Of a stretch of 64,000 bases of DNA, positions 39,393 through 48,652 are shown one piece after another. The first letter of the stretch is position 1. Every line of letters begins with the position of its first letter. Source of the DNA: Gemmobacter sp. (GTDB lineage: Bacteria; Pseudomonadota; Alphaproteobacteria; Rhodobacterales; Rhodobacteraceae). The notes under the pieces are model-generated. The model searched no databases, was not told where the DNA came from, and saw only the letters and a program-made list of their open reading frames with translations. The position numbers were made by a program, and so were the translations under genes. The stretch lies in assembly GCA_031425195.1 (NCBI GenBank), contig JANPIX010000024.1:48442-112441 (forward strand). Reading direction: 5' to 3'.

Positions 39393-40679
39393 ATGAAACT
39401 TACCAGACGCATGCTGCTGGCCAGCGGGGCCGCCGCGTTGACACTGCCGACAATGGCTTTCGCACAGGATGATACGATCAAGGTGGGCGTGCTTCACTCG
39501 CTGTCGGGCACGATGGCGATTTCGGAAACCACGCTCAAAGACACGATGCTGATGCTGATCGAGGCGCAGAACGCCAAGGGCGGGTTGCTGGGCAAACAGA
39601 TCGAGGCTGTCGTCGTTGATCCGGCATCCGATTGGCCGCTGTTCGCCGAAAAGGCGCGCGAATTGTTGACGGTGTCGAACGTGGATGTGATGTTCGGCTG
39701 CTGGACATCGGTGTCGCGCAAATCCGTCTTGCCAGTGATCGAGGAACTGAACGGTCTTCTGTTCTACCCAGTGCAGTATGAAGGCGAAGAATCGTCAAAG
39801 AACGTATTCTACACCGGGGCTGCGCCGAACCAGCAGGCCATTCCGGCAACAGACTACTATCTGGAAGAACTGGGCGTACAGAAATTCGCGCTGCTTGGCA
39901 CCGACTATGTCTATCCGCGCACCACGAACAACATTCTTGAGGCCTATCTGATTTCCAAAGGAATCGCGAAGGAAGATATCTTCGTGAACTACACCCCATT
40001 TGGCCACAGCGACTGGTCCAAGATCGTGGCCGACGTCGTGGCGCTGGGTGCTGACGGCAAGAAGGTCGGCGTGATTTCCACGATCAACGGCGATGCCAAC
40101 ATAGGGTTCTACAAGGAACTGGCCGCCGCTGGCGTGTCGGCAGACGACATCCCGGTTGTCGCGTTCTCGGTCGGCGAAGAAGAGCTTTCGGGCCTCGACA
40201 CCTCTAACCTCGTCGGTCACCTCGCGGCATGGAACTACTTCATGTCGGCGGATACCCCGGAAAACAAGGCGTTCATCGAACAGTGGCACGCCTTCACCGG
40301 TGACGACAAGCGCGTCACCAACGACCCGATGGAAGCACATGTGATCGGCTTCAACATGTGGGTCATGGCTGTCGAAAAGGCGGGCACCACCGACGTCGAT
40401 GCTGTGCGGACCGCGATGTATGGCCTCGAAGTGCCGAACATGACCGGCGGAATCGCCAAGATGCTGCCGAACCACCACCTGACCAAGCCGGTTCTGATCG
40501 GTGAAATCCGCGCAGACGGCCAGTTTGACATCATCAGTCAGACAGAACCGGTTCCGGGCGATGCCTGGACAGATTTCCTGCCGGAATCGGCGGTTCTGAC
40601 GTCCGATTGGCCCGGTCTGGAGTGCGGCATGTACAACACGGAAACCAAGACCTGCGTGCAGATCAAGTCGAACTATTGA
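39393..40679 (+). CDS. urtA: urea ABC transporter substrate-binding protein UrtA
   Basis: Signal MKLTRRMLLASGAAALTLPTMAFAQ, VGVLHSLSGTMAISE and a LivK-like fold. First gene of a urtABCDE array. Confidence 0.88.
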   Translation: MKLTRRMLLASGAAALTLPTMAFAQDDTIKVGVLHSLSGTMAISETTLKDTMLMLIEAQNAKGGLLGKQIEAVVVDPASDWPLFAEKARELLTVSNVDVMFGCWTSVSRKSVLPVIEELNGLLFYPVQYEGEESSKNVFYTGAAPNQQAIPATDYYLEELGVQKFALLGTDYVYPRTTNNILEAYLISKGIAKEDIFVNYTPFGHSDWSKIVADVVALGADGKKVGVISTINGDANIGFYKELAAAGVSADDIPVVAFSVGEEELSGLDTSNLVGHLAAWNYFMSADTPENKAFIEQWHAFTGDDKRVTNDPMEAHVIGFNMWVMAVEKAGTTDVDAVRTAMYGLEVPNMTGGIAKMLPNHHLTKPVLIGEIRADGQFDIISQTEPVPGDAWTDFLPESAVLTSDWPGLECGMYNTETKTCVQIKSNY

Positions 40680-40729
40680 CCGAAAAAGGGGCTGGGCATC
40701 TTGCCCGGCCCCATCGCAGGATTTGCCGA

Positions 40730-42661
40730 ATGCGCTTTACGTTCCTTATCGTGACCCTTTTTCTTTGGGTTCTCCCGGTTTCCGTTCAAGCCCAGACAGC
40801 AGCCCAGATTGTTGCAGACAATGCTGACCTTGTCGAAAAACCCTCACGCCAGACCATCGCGCCTGTCATCGCCGAACTGGCCGCTAGCGGCGACGCCGCA
40901 GCGCCGTTGATCTTGGAGGCTTGGGCAGACCGGCGGTTGGGGCAACGAAAATCCGATCAGGCGTTTTTTATCCTGACAGAAAATGACAGTGGCTGGGCGC
41001 TGACCGATCTTGCAGGCGTTGACGCCGGCACTGCTTCGAAGGCCGACTTCACCGAACTTAAACCGAATTCCGGTGTCCGGAGCATGATTGCCACGGCTCT
41101 TGTGCAGTTCCAACTGTCCGATCCCGAGCAAAGCGCCAGAGCGCTCGAGTCCATCGCGCGCGATCCGGAAGAAGCCCACCTCGCCCCACTGCGCGCCAGC
41201 ATCCCAACTGAAAAAGACCCGGCCGTGCTGAACCGCAAAGTGCGGTTGGAGCGTCTGCTGACCCTTCGGTTCGACCCGGATCCACTGGCACGCGTGGCTG
41301 CCATCGATGGTTTCGGCGCGGATCTGGGCGTGGATGTGCGGGGCGCGTTGAACCCGTTGGTCGCTACAATCCGCATTGCCGTTGCAGGCGAACCGGCCGG
41401 CAATATTGCCCGCGAACTGAAAGTTGGCAAAGACCTGACCGAGGTCGAAGCCTATGACATGCTCGTCGCGGCTGATATTGCTCCCGCGCGCCTGACACGC
41501 GCCGAACAGCGCGCCGCGCTGACCGAAAACGTTGTCAATGGCATGATCGGCCTGACACCGGTGGCTAACCTGAACACCCAAGCCGCGCGCGATGCGGCCT
41601 ATTCCGCCCTTGAACTTTCCGAAGCCGTCCCCTTTGCTGCCACCGACGACGAAGTGGCCGCCAATCTTGCGGCCCATCGGTTTTTCGAAGTCTACATCGA
41701 ACCAGATGCCGCCGTTACCACCGCAGCTGCCACGACGCTGGCCAAGATCGACGGCAAGGTCGGCTACATGCAGTTCGCTGATCTTGCGCTTGATGCGGTG
41801 TCGCTTGGCTCCATCTATTTTCTGGCGGCCATCGGCCTTGCGATCACCTTTGGCGTGATGCGCGTCATCAACATGGCGCATGGTGAATTTATCATGATGG
41901 GGGCCTATACCGGATATCTGGTGCAGCAAGTGATCCCCAACCCGACGCTTTCCATTGTCATAGCCCTGCCCCTCGCCTTTGCCGTGACCTTTGCGGCCGG
42001 GGTGGCCATGGAACGCCTTGTCATCCGGCATCTGGTGCACCGCCCACTTGAAACCCTGCTTGCCACGTTCGGGATTTCCATAGCACTCCAGCAGCTTGCC
42101 AAGAACATCTTCGGCACACAGGCGCGCCCGCTTACCGCGCCGGGGTGGCTCGACGGGGCATGGGTTCTGAATGATGTGGTGTCGATCAGCTATATCCGAA
42201 TTGCGATTTTTGTGATGGCGACCATCTTTCTTTGCTTCTTTCTGTTCCTCATGACGCGGACAAGATTGGGCTTGCAGGTTCGGGCCGTTACACAGAACCC
42301 CAAGATGGCCGCGTCCATGGGGATCAAGCCTGATCGCATCAACATGCTTACCTTTGGCCTTGGATCAGGCATCGCGGGTGTGGCAGGTGTCGCCATCGGC
42401 CTGTTCGCCAAAGTCACGTCCGAACTCGGGTCAGACTATATCGTGCAAAGCTTCATGACAGTTGTCGTTGGCGGTGTGGGCAGCATCTGGGGCACCCTTG
42501 CCGGTGCCACGATGATCGGCGGGCTGCAAAAAGGGATTGAATGGTTCAACCCGTCCAACACGCTGGCTGCCCAAACCTACATGATCCTGTTCATCATCCT
42601 GTTCATCCAGATCAGACCACGCGGCATCATTGCCCTGCGCGGCCGGGCGGCGGGGGACTGA
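40730..42661 (+). CDS. urtB: urea ABC transporter permease UrtB with a ~350-aa N-terminal extension
   Basis: LivH-like core begins near LDAVSLGSIYFLAAIGLAITFGVMRVINMAHGE (about 41789). It is preceded by a signal-like MRFTFLIVTLFLWVLPVSVQA and a long Ala/Leu/Asp-rich soluble region. Confidence 0.85.
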   Translation: MRFTFLIVTLFLWVLPVSVQAQTAAQIVADNADLVEKPSRQTIAPVIAELAASGDAAAPLILEAWADRRLGQRKSDQAFFILTENDSGWALTDLAGVDAGTASKADFTELKPNSGVRSMIATALVQFQLSDPEQSARALESIARDPEEAHLAPLRASIPTEKDPAVLNRKVRLERLLTLRFDPDPLARVAAIDGFGADLGVDVRGALNPLVATIRIAVAGEPAGNIARELKVGKDLTEVEAYDMLVAADIAPARLTRAEQRAALTENVVNGMIGLTPVANLNTQAARDAAYSALELSEAVPFAATDDEVAANLAAHRFFEVYIEPDAAVTTAAATTLAKIDGKVGYMQFADLALDAVSLGSIYFLAAIGLAITFGVMRVINMAHGEFIMMGAYTGYLVQQVIPNPTLSIVIALPLAFAVTFAAGVAMERLVIRHLVHRPLETLLATFGISIALQQLAKNIFGTQARPLTAPGWLDGAWVLNDVVSISYIRIAIFVMATIFLCFFLFLMTRTRLGLQVRAVTQNPKMAASMGIKPDRINMLTFGLGSGIAGVAGVAIGLFAKVTSELGSDYIVQSFMTVVVGGVGSIWGTLAGATMIGGLQKGIEWFNPSNTLAAQTYMILFIILFIQIRPRGIIALRGRAAGD

Positions 42662-42662
42662 G

Positions 42663-43895
42663 ATGAAACAGTCGTTCATCGCCCGCAACCCTTCGATCCT
42701 GATTTTCCTTGGCGCGCTTGCAATCTTCACGCTTGCCGTCACTCTGTTGTCTTCCGCGTACGGTGTCGATTTTCTTTCAACATCGTTCATCAAGACCTTG
42801 GGCAAGACATTGTGCCTGTGCCTTGTTGCCATCGCGATGGACCTGATCTGGGGCTATGCCGGTATCCTGAGCCTTGGCCACATGGCGTTTTTTGCCCTTG
42901 GCGGCTACATGGTCGGCATGTGGCTGATGTATGCCCGGACTGAAACGATTGTCCTTGCATCGCTGCAAGGGTCGGTGCTGCCCGCCACGCCCGAAGAGGT
43001 CGTCGAAGGCGTAACCACGCAGATTTTCGGTGTCGTGGGCGCGTCCGACTTACCCCCGATCTGGAGTTTTGCCCATTCCCTGCCCATTCAGCTTTTGCTG
43101 GTTGTCGTCGTGCCGGGTCTTCTGGCGCTGGCCTTTGGCTGGCTGGCGTTTCGCAGCCGTGTCACGGGTGTCTATCTGTCGATCCTGACACAGGCGATGA
43201 CACTGGCCTTGGCGTTGTATCTTTTCCAGAACGATTCCGGACTGCGGGGCAACAATGGCCTGTCTGGACTGCAGAACATTCCGGGGCTGGATGATGTCGG
43301 TCAGGATGCGCTGTCGGTCTGGTTCTTCTGGGCCTCTGCGGCGGCGCTGGGCGGTGGATACGTGATCGCGGCCTTTCTGGTGTCGGGCAAGTTCGGATCG
43401 GTGCTGCGCGCCATTCGCGATGATGAACAGCGGGTCCGATTTCTGGGGTATTCGGTCGAAAGCTACAAACTGTTCATCTTTACCCTGACGGCGATCATCG
43501 CGGCCATCGCCGGCGCGCTTTACTATCCGCAGGCGGGGATCATCAACCCCGCCGAACTGGCACCCATCGCGTCGATCTATCTTGCAGTGTGGGTGGCCAT
43601 CGGGGGCCGGGGCCGGCTTTATGGCGCAGTCATTGGTGCGGCGTTCGTGTCGCTTGTCTCAAGCTGGTTCACGGGGGGACGTGCGCCGGACATCCCGCTT
43701 GGGTTCTATACGATTCAGTGGGTTGACTGGTGGCTTGTGCTGCTTGGCCTGTCATTCGTGCTGGTTACCTTGTATGCGCCGCGCGGCTTTGGCGGGCTGT
43801 TTGATCGTTTTGCGCGCCGTGTACCGCCGGACCGCCATGGCGCGGACCTTGGACCGGACACAGGTTCCTTGCAGCAGGCAGAGGCCGACAAATGA
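42663..43895 (+). CDS. urtC: urea ABC transporter permease UrtC
   Basis: LivM-like permease with DLIWGYAGILSLGHMAFFALGGY. The ATG at 42663 lies directly after the urtB stop. Confidence 0.88.
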   Translation: MKQSFIARNPSILIFLGALAIFTLAVTLLSSAYGVDFLSTSFIKTLGKTLCLCLVAIAMDLIWGYAGILSLGHMAFFALGGYMVGMWLMYARTETIVLASLQGSVLPATPEEVVEGVTTQIFGVVGASDLPPIWSFAHSLPIQLLLVVVVPGLLALAFGWLAFRSRVTGVYLSILTQAMTLALALYLFQNDSGLRGNNGLSGLQNIPGLDDVGQDALSVWFFWASAAALGGGYVIAAFLVSGKFGSVLRAIRDDEQRVRFLGYSVESYKLFIFTLTAIIAAIAGALYYPQAGIINPAELAPIASIYLAVWVAIGGRGRLYGAVIGAAFVSLVSSWFTGGRAPDIPLGFYTIQWVDWWLVLLGLSFVLVTLYAPRGFGGLFDRFARRVPPDRHGADLGPDTGSLQQAEADK

Positions 43896-44632
43896 GCGCG
43901 CTTCTGGAGGTTTCGGGCATATCGGTGTCGTTTGACGGGTTTCGGGCGATCAACAACCTGTCGTTCAGCATCGGCCCCGCAGAACTGCGCGCCGTGATTG
44001 GTCCGAATGGGGCGGGCAAGACGACGTTCATGGACATCGTGACTGGCAAGACAAAACCGGACAGCGGCACCGTTACCTTTGGTGAAAAGGCGCTTTCCCT
44101 GTTGAAGTTGACCGAAGCGCAGATTGCCCAGGCAGGTGTCGGGCGCAAGTTTCAGCGGCCGACGGTTTTCGAAGATCAGACGGTGCAAGACAACCTGATC
44201 TTGGCACTGAAGGCGCGGCGCAATCCTGTCGCCGTGCTGTTCTGGAGGCCGCGTCAGGCCGATCTGACCCGGGTAGAAGAGCTTGCCGCACAAGTGGGCC
44301 TTGCCGGTGCGCTGCCGCGCAAGGCTGGCGAACTGAGCCATGGGCAGAAGCAATGGCTGGAGATTGCGATGCTTCTGGCACAGGAACCACGCCTGCTTTT
44401 GGTCGACGAACCGGCGGCGGGCATGACGCTCGCGGAACGCGAACAGACCACGGCGCTGCTTGTGGATCTGGCAAGGACAAGGGCCGTTGTGGTGGTGGAA
44501 CACGATATGGAATTCGTGCGTCGTTTGAACTGCAAGGTCACGGTTCTGCACGAAGGTTCGGTTTTGGCCGAAGGCACTTTGGCCCATGTGACCAAAGACC
44601 AACAGGTGATTGATGTCTATCTGGGGCGCTGA
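43892..44632 (+). CDS. urtD: urea ABC transporter ATP-binding protein UrtD
   Basis: GPNGAGKTT, LSHGQKQWLEIAMLL, LLLVDEPAAGM. ATGA overlap with urtC. Confidence 0.9.
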   Translation: MSALLEVSGISVSFDGFRAINNLSFSIGPAELRAVIGPNGAGKTTFMDIVTGKTKPDSGTVTFGEKALSLLKLTEAQIAQAGVGRKFQRPTVFEDQTVQDNLILALKARRNPVAVLFWRPRQADLTRVEELAAQVGLAGALPRKAGELSHGQKQWLEIAMLLAQEPRLLLVDEPAAGMTLAEREQTTALLVDLARTRAVVVVEHDMEFVRRLNCKVTVLHEGSVLAEGTLAHVTKDQQVIDVYLGR

Positions 44633-44635
44633 AAA

Positions 44636-45331
44636 ATGCTGACGACCAAGGGCCTGACCCTGCATTACGGTGGCGCGAAAATTTTGCATGGCATTGATTT
44701 TACGGCAAAAGCCGGGCAGGTGACCTGCATTCTTGGCACCAATGGTGTGGGAAAGACCAGCTTTCTGAAAGCTTTGGCCGGAACCCATCCCCGATCGGGG
44801 GGAGAGGTGACGATGGACGGCGAAACGCTTGGAATTCTAGCCCCGCAGGACATGGCCGTTCGCGGTCTGGCTGTTGTCCCGCAAGGGCGCATGATCTTTC
44901 CGCTGTTGACCGTGACCGAAAACCTGATGACCGGCTTTGCCGTGCTGCCAAAGGCAGAGCACCGGATTCCTGATGAAATCTATGATCTTTTTCCCGTTCT
45001 GCGCGACATGGCGCATCGCCGCGGGGGTGATCTTTCGGGCGGGCAACAACAACAGCTTGCCATCGCGCGGGCCATGATCATGCGGCCGAAAGTTCTGCTT
45101 CTGGACGAACCCACCGAGGGGATTCAGCCCAACATCATTCAGCAGATTGGCCGCGTGATCACCTATCTGCGGGACAAGGGCGACATGGCGATTGTTCTGG
45201 TCGAACAGTATTTCGACTTTGCCTATGCGCTGGCCGACAGTTTCACCGTTCTGCGACGAGGGGCCGTTGCGGTGCAAGGCACCAAGGCGGAACTGACGCA
45301 AGACACGCTGCGTGCCGAAGTGTCTATCTGA
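44636..45331 (+). CDS. urtE: urea ABC transporter ATP-binding protein UrtE
   Basis: GTNGVGKTS, LSGGQQQQLAIARAM, LLLDEPTEGIQP. Confidence 0.9.
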   Translation: MLTTKGLTLHYGGAKILHGIDFTAKAGQVTCILGTNGVGKTSFLKALAGTHPRSGGEVTMDGETLGILAPQDMAVRGLAVVPQGRMIFPLLTVTENLMTGFAVLPKAEHRIPDEIYDLFPVLRDMAHRRGGDLSGGQQQQLAIARAMIMRPKVLLLDEPTEGIQPNIIQQIGRVITYLRDKGDMAIVLVEQYFDFAYALADSFTVLRRGAVAVQGTKAELTQDTLRAEVSI

Positions 45332-48300
45332 TCACAGATCGGGCAGTTCCATCAGTTCGGCGGTGCGTGTCCACAGGATTGCAACGCGCACGGCTTTGCC
45401 CGGATAGATCTGCCTTAACGCCCCGGCATAGGCCGCAAGTTGACGCTGCAAACCGTATGGTACCTGTATGTTTTCTGTAGGTACAACGCGGTTCGATTTG
45501 TAGTCGACGGCCAAGACATCCGAAGGCCCAACGATCAGCCGGTCGATGCTGCCAAGCATCGGTGTTCCGTCCAGATCAGCGGTGACGCCGACCTCGGCCA
45601 AAGTGCCGGGCGCGAACAGCGGGGCGAGGTGGGGTGAAGACAACACCCGTGTCGCATCGGCAAGGCAGATGGCGCGGTCGTCGTTGTCCGGGATCAGCGA
45701 TTGCGCCAGCTCAGGCCACGCAGAGGCGTTGTAATCGGGCAGGTGCTGCAACAGCAGGTGCAGGGCTGTGCCGCGACGACGGGCGGTTTCGCCGTCTTCG
45801 CCATCGTTTTCGCCCAGCAAGACTTTGGCACCGGGCAGTTTCGATGGGGAGATTGGCGTGACGCGCGGAGCGATGGCCGCGCGCGGCGTATCCAGTGCAG
45901 GGGGCGTGGCGGCATTGTCGGGCGACCCGGTTTCAGCACCTGCTTCTGGCCAATCGCCGAACCAAAGTTTCAATCCACCCTCATCTTCGGCATTCGGGGC
46001 AACATTTCTGGCCCCTTCTTTAATCCGGTCGTACCATGCCAGACCTTCGGTTTCAGACCCGTCATCCGATTTGGACCCGTGCGATTTCAGCCTGCCTGCC
46101 GCACCCACCATCAGCCAGCTTTGCGCCCGTGTCATCGCGACGTACATCAGGCGCAGACTTTCGCGGTCTGCCGCCTCTAACCGGGCCTGCCGCGCCTCGG
46201 TCAGGATTGCGGGGCTGTCGGCGGTTCCGGGTTTCCAGACCACTGTTCCGTCAAGAAGGCGGATCAATCTGCTGCGGTCACGGGCCGTCGGATCGGCAGT
46301 GTCGGGCAGGATCACGATGGGTGCCTCCAGCCCCTTGGCACCGTGCACTGTCATCACGCGGATCAGGTTGCCAGAAGTGTCCACCTGCCGTTTGATCTGC
46401 ACCTCTTCGGTTTGCAGCCATGTCAGAAAGCCGGTCAGGCTGGGCACGTCGCTGCGTTCATAGGCCAGCGCTTGGGACAACAAAGCGTCGATGCCGTCTT
46501 CCGCCTCGTGCCCCAAACGTGTCAGGAGCAGGCGACGCCCATTGTGGCGCGTAAGCACCCGTTCCAAAAGGTCAAACGGGCGCAGGAAATCGGCCTGATT
46601 TCGCAAATCTGTCAGTATCGCAAGGGTACCCGGATGTTGTTCCGCACAATCGCGCAGTGCCGTCCAGAGATAACCCCTGCGACCGTGGGCCAGCCGGAAC
46701 AGTTGGTCTTCGTCCCAGCCAAACAGGGGGGATTTCAGGGTTTCGGCAAGGGCAAGGTCATCCTCCGGCGTCACAAGAAATGCGAGCAGAGATACCATGT
46801 CCTTGACCGCAAGTTCCGCGCCCAGCTTCAGAACATCCGCCCCGGCGATGGGCAGGCCAGCGGCCTTGCAGGCGCGGATGATTTCCGAAAACAGGTCAGA
46901 ACGACGCCGCACCAGAATCAGAAAATCACCTGCTGTGGCCAGCCGGGGGCCGTTCTTGCCGGGGATAAAGGTTTTGGCGTTCAGAATTTCCTTGATGCGG
47001 GCCGCGATCTTTTCGGCCAGCAGGGTGGCGGGATGGCGGGGGGATATTCTGTCAACCGGATCTGTCCATTCGCCGTGTTCGGCGGGTTTGTCCGTCAGAA
47101 ACGGGGGCCAGATTTCGACCCGTCCGGGCATATCGGTGCGGAACGCCGCGTGACGGAAATCACCACCCATTGCCGCCGCCTCGGCACCCAGCGCGGCATC
47201 GACGACATTCAGGATCAGGGGCGACGACCGGAATGAATGTTCCAGCGTCATGTTGGCAAGCGCGCGATCACCCGTTTGCAGCCGATCTGCAAAATGCTGA
47301 CGCATACGGGCGAAATCATCGACGTTGGCACCCTGAAACGAATAGATGGACTGCTTGACGTCACCCACGACGAACATCGTTCGGGGATTTGCGGGGTCGC
47401 CGGGGTTGTCCAGAATCTCTTGCGCAAGCAGGTTTATGACGTCCCATTGGACCGGGCTTGTATCCTGCGCCTCGTCCACCAGAATGTGGTCGATGCCGCC
47501 GTCGAGCCTGTAAAGCACCCATTGCGCTACGGCGGCGTCCGTCAGCAGCGCCTTTGCGCCCGAAATCAGATCATCGAAATCGAGCGCGCCGCGCGCCGCC
47601 TTGCGCGCCTTGTATTCCGGCAGAAAGGCCGCAGCAAAGCGGTGCAGGGCGTGGGTGTTTTCTGCCGAGCGCAGGGCAAGTTCGCGGTCTTTTGCCAGCG
47701 CGACGCGACGCATGAAATCGTGGAAATCGGCCAGAAGATCGTCGCCCATTTCCCCGGCGGCCAGTTTGGCCGGGATGGTGGACGTTTTTGCCTCGGCTTT
47801 GTAGGTGCCGTCTTTCTTGTAGAGAAACGCATCATACAGGCTTTCAAGATCATCGGTCGTGGGGTCTGCCAGATGAATTGACGCCAGTGTTTTGGCCAGC
47901 GTCTGCATGGTGGGCGAGTGTCTGCGCAGGATGGGCAGAACCTGTTCGAACAGGGTGGCCTCTGTTCCGTTGAACACGGTCGCAATCAGATGGTCGGGGG
48001 CGAAATCCTGCGACAGGCCAAAGGCGTTCAAACAGGCGGGCCGATCCAACGGCGCGGCGAACCCGGCTCGGTGCGAGGCGATGTCGGCCACCAGCCGGAC
48101 CAGATCGTCGCCGGTTGCCAACATGGCCAGACCCGCCAGCACATCGCGGTAGGGGCCGGAGGCCATGTCTTCCACAATTTCATCGCGCAACAGGGCGGCG
48201 GCGCGATCTTCCATTTCGACGAACTGCGGTGAGATGCCCGCCTCCATCGGGAACCGGCGCAGAAGGCCCGCGCAAAAGGAATGGATCGTCTGGATGCGCA

Positions 48301-48652
48301 GGCCGCCCGGCGTTTCGATGGCCCGGGCAAACAGCCGCCGCGCACTGCGCAGATCGTCGGGGGCGAGCCAGCGGTCAAACCCTAGTTGCGCCAGCGCATC
48401 CCGCAGGTTCGTGTCAGGCATCATGGCCCATTCGCCCAGCCTGCGGAACAGACGGTTCTGCATTTCCGACGCGGCGGCCTTTGTGTAGGTCAGGCACAGG
48501 ATGCGGGTCGGATCGACGTGGTTCAGCAAAAGGCGTGCCACGCGGTCTGTCAGAACCGACGTCTTGCCGGACCCCGCATTGGCCGCAAGCCAGGTGGATG
48601 ATGCAGGATCGGCGGCGTCCACCTGCCGCTGGCTGGCTGCGTCGCGCGTCAT
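45332..48652 (-). CDS. addA: double-strand break repair helicase-nuclease AddA (alphaproteobacterial type)
   Basis: UvrD-like Walker A ANAGSGKTSVLTDR, ILVDEAQDTS, and a C-terminal PD-(D/E)xK nuclease (LAVDYKSN). ATGA overlap with addB. Confidence 0.92.
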   Translation of the reverse strand: MTRDAASQRQVDAADPASSTWLAANAGSGKTSVLTDRVARLLLNHVDPTRILCLTYTKAAASEMQNRLFRRLGEWAMMPDTNLRDALAQLGFDRWLAPDDLRSARRLFARAIETPGGLRIQTIHSFCAGLLRRFPMEAGISPQFVEMEDRAAALLRDEIVEDMASGPYRDVLAGLAMLATGDDLVRLVADIASHRAGFAAPLDRPACLNAFGLSQDFAPDHLIATVFNGTEATLFEQVLPILRRHSPTMQTLAKTLASIHLADPTTDDLESLYDAFLYKKDGTYKAEAKTSTIPAKLAAGEMGDDLLADFHDFMRRVALAKDRELALRSAENTHALHRFAAAFLPEYKARKAARGALDFDDLISGAKALLTDAAVAQWVLYRLDGGIDHILVDEAQDTSPVQWDVINLLAQEILDNPGDPANPRTMFVVGDVKQSIYSFQGANVDDFARMRQHFADRLQTGDRALANMTLEHSFRSSPLILNVVDAALGAEAAAMGGDFRHAAFRTDMPGRVEIWPPFLTDKPAEHGEWTDPVDRISPRHPATLLAEKIAARIKEILNAKTFIPGKNGPRLATAGDFLILVRRRSDLFSEIIRACKAAGLPIAGADVLKLGAELAVKDMVSLLAFLVTPEDDLALAETLKSPLFGWDEDQLFRLAHGRRGYLWTALRDCAEQHPGTLAILTDLRNQADFLRPFDLLERVLTRHNGRRLLLTRLGHEAEDGIDALLSQALAYERSDVPSLTGFLTWLQTEEVQIKRQVDTSGNLIRVMTVHGAKGLEAPIVILPDTADPTARDRSRLIRLLDGTVVWKPGTADSPAILTEARQARLEAADRESLRLMYVAMTRAQSWLMVGAAGRLKSHGSKSDDGSETEGLAWYDRIKEGARNVAPNAEDEGGLKLWFGDWPEAGAETGSPDNAATPPALDTPRAAIAPRVTPISPSKLPGAKVLLGENDGEDGETARRRGTALHLLLQHLPDYNASAWPELAQSLIPDNDDRAICLADATRVLSSPHLAPLFAPGTLAEVGVTADLDGTPMLGSIDRLIVGPSDVLAVDYKSNRVVPTENIQVPYGLQRQLAAYAGALRQIYPGKAVRVAILWTRTAELMELPDL

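Noticed and set aside
40844-42040. 398-aa minus-strand ORF, plus similar long alternative-frame ORFs (10626-11426, 13929-14957, 24736-25452, 30986-31927, 32156-33325, 35073-35975, 36213-37199, 43715-44788, 46343-47236)
   Set aside because: All overlap confidently assigned genes on the other strand or in another frame and have junk-like composition. Their number and length simply reflect high GC3.
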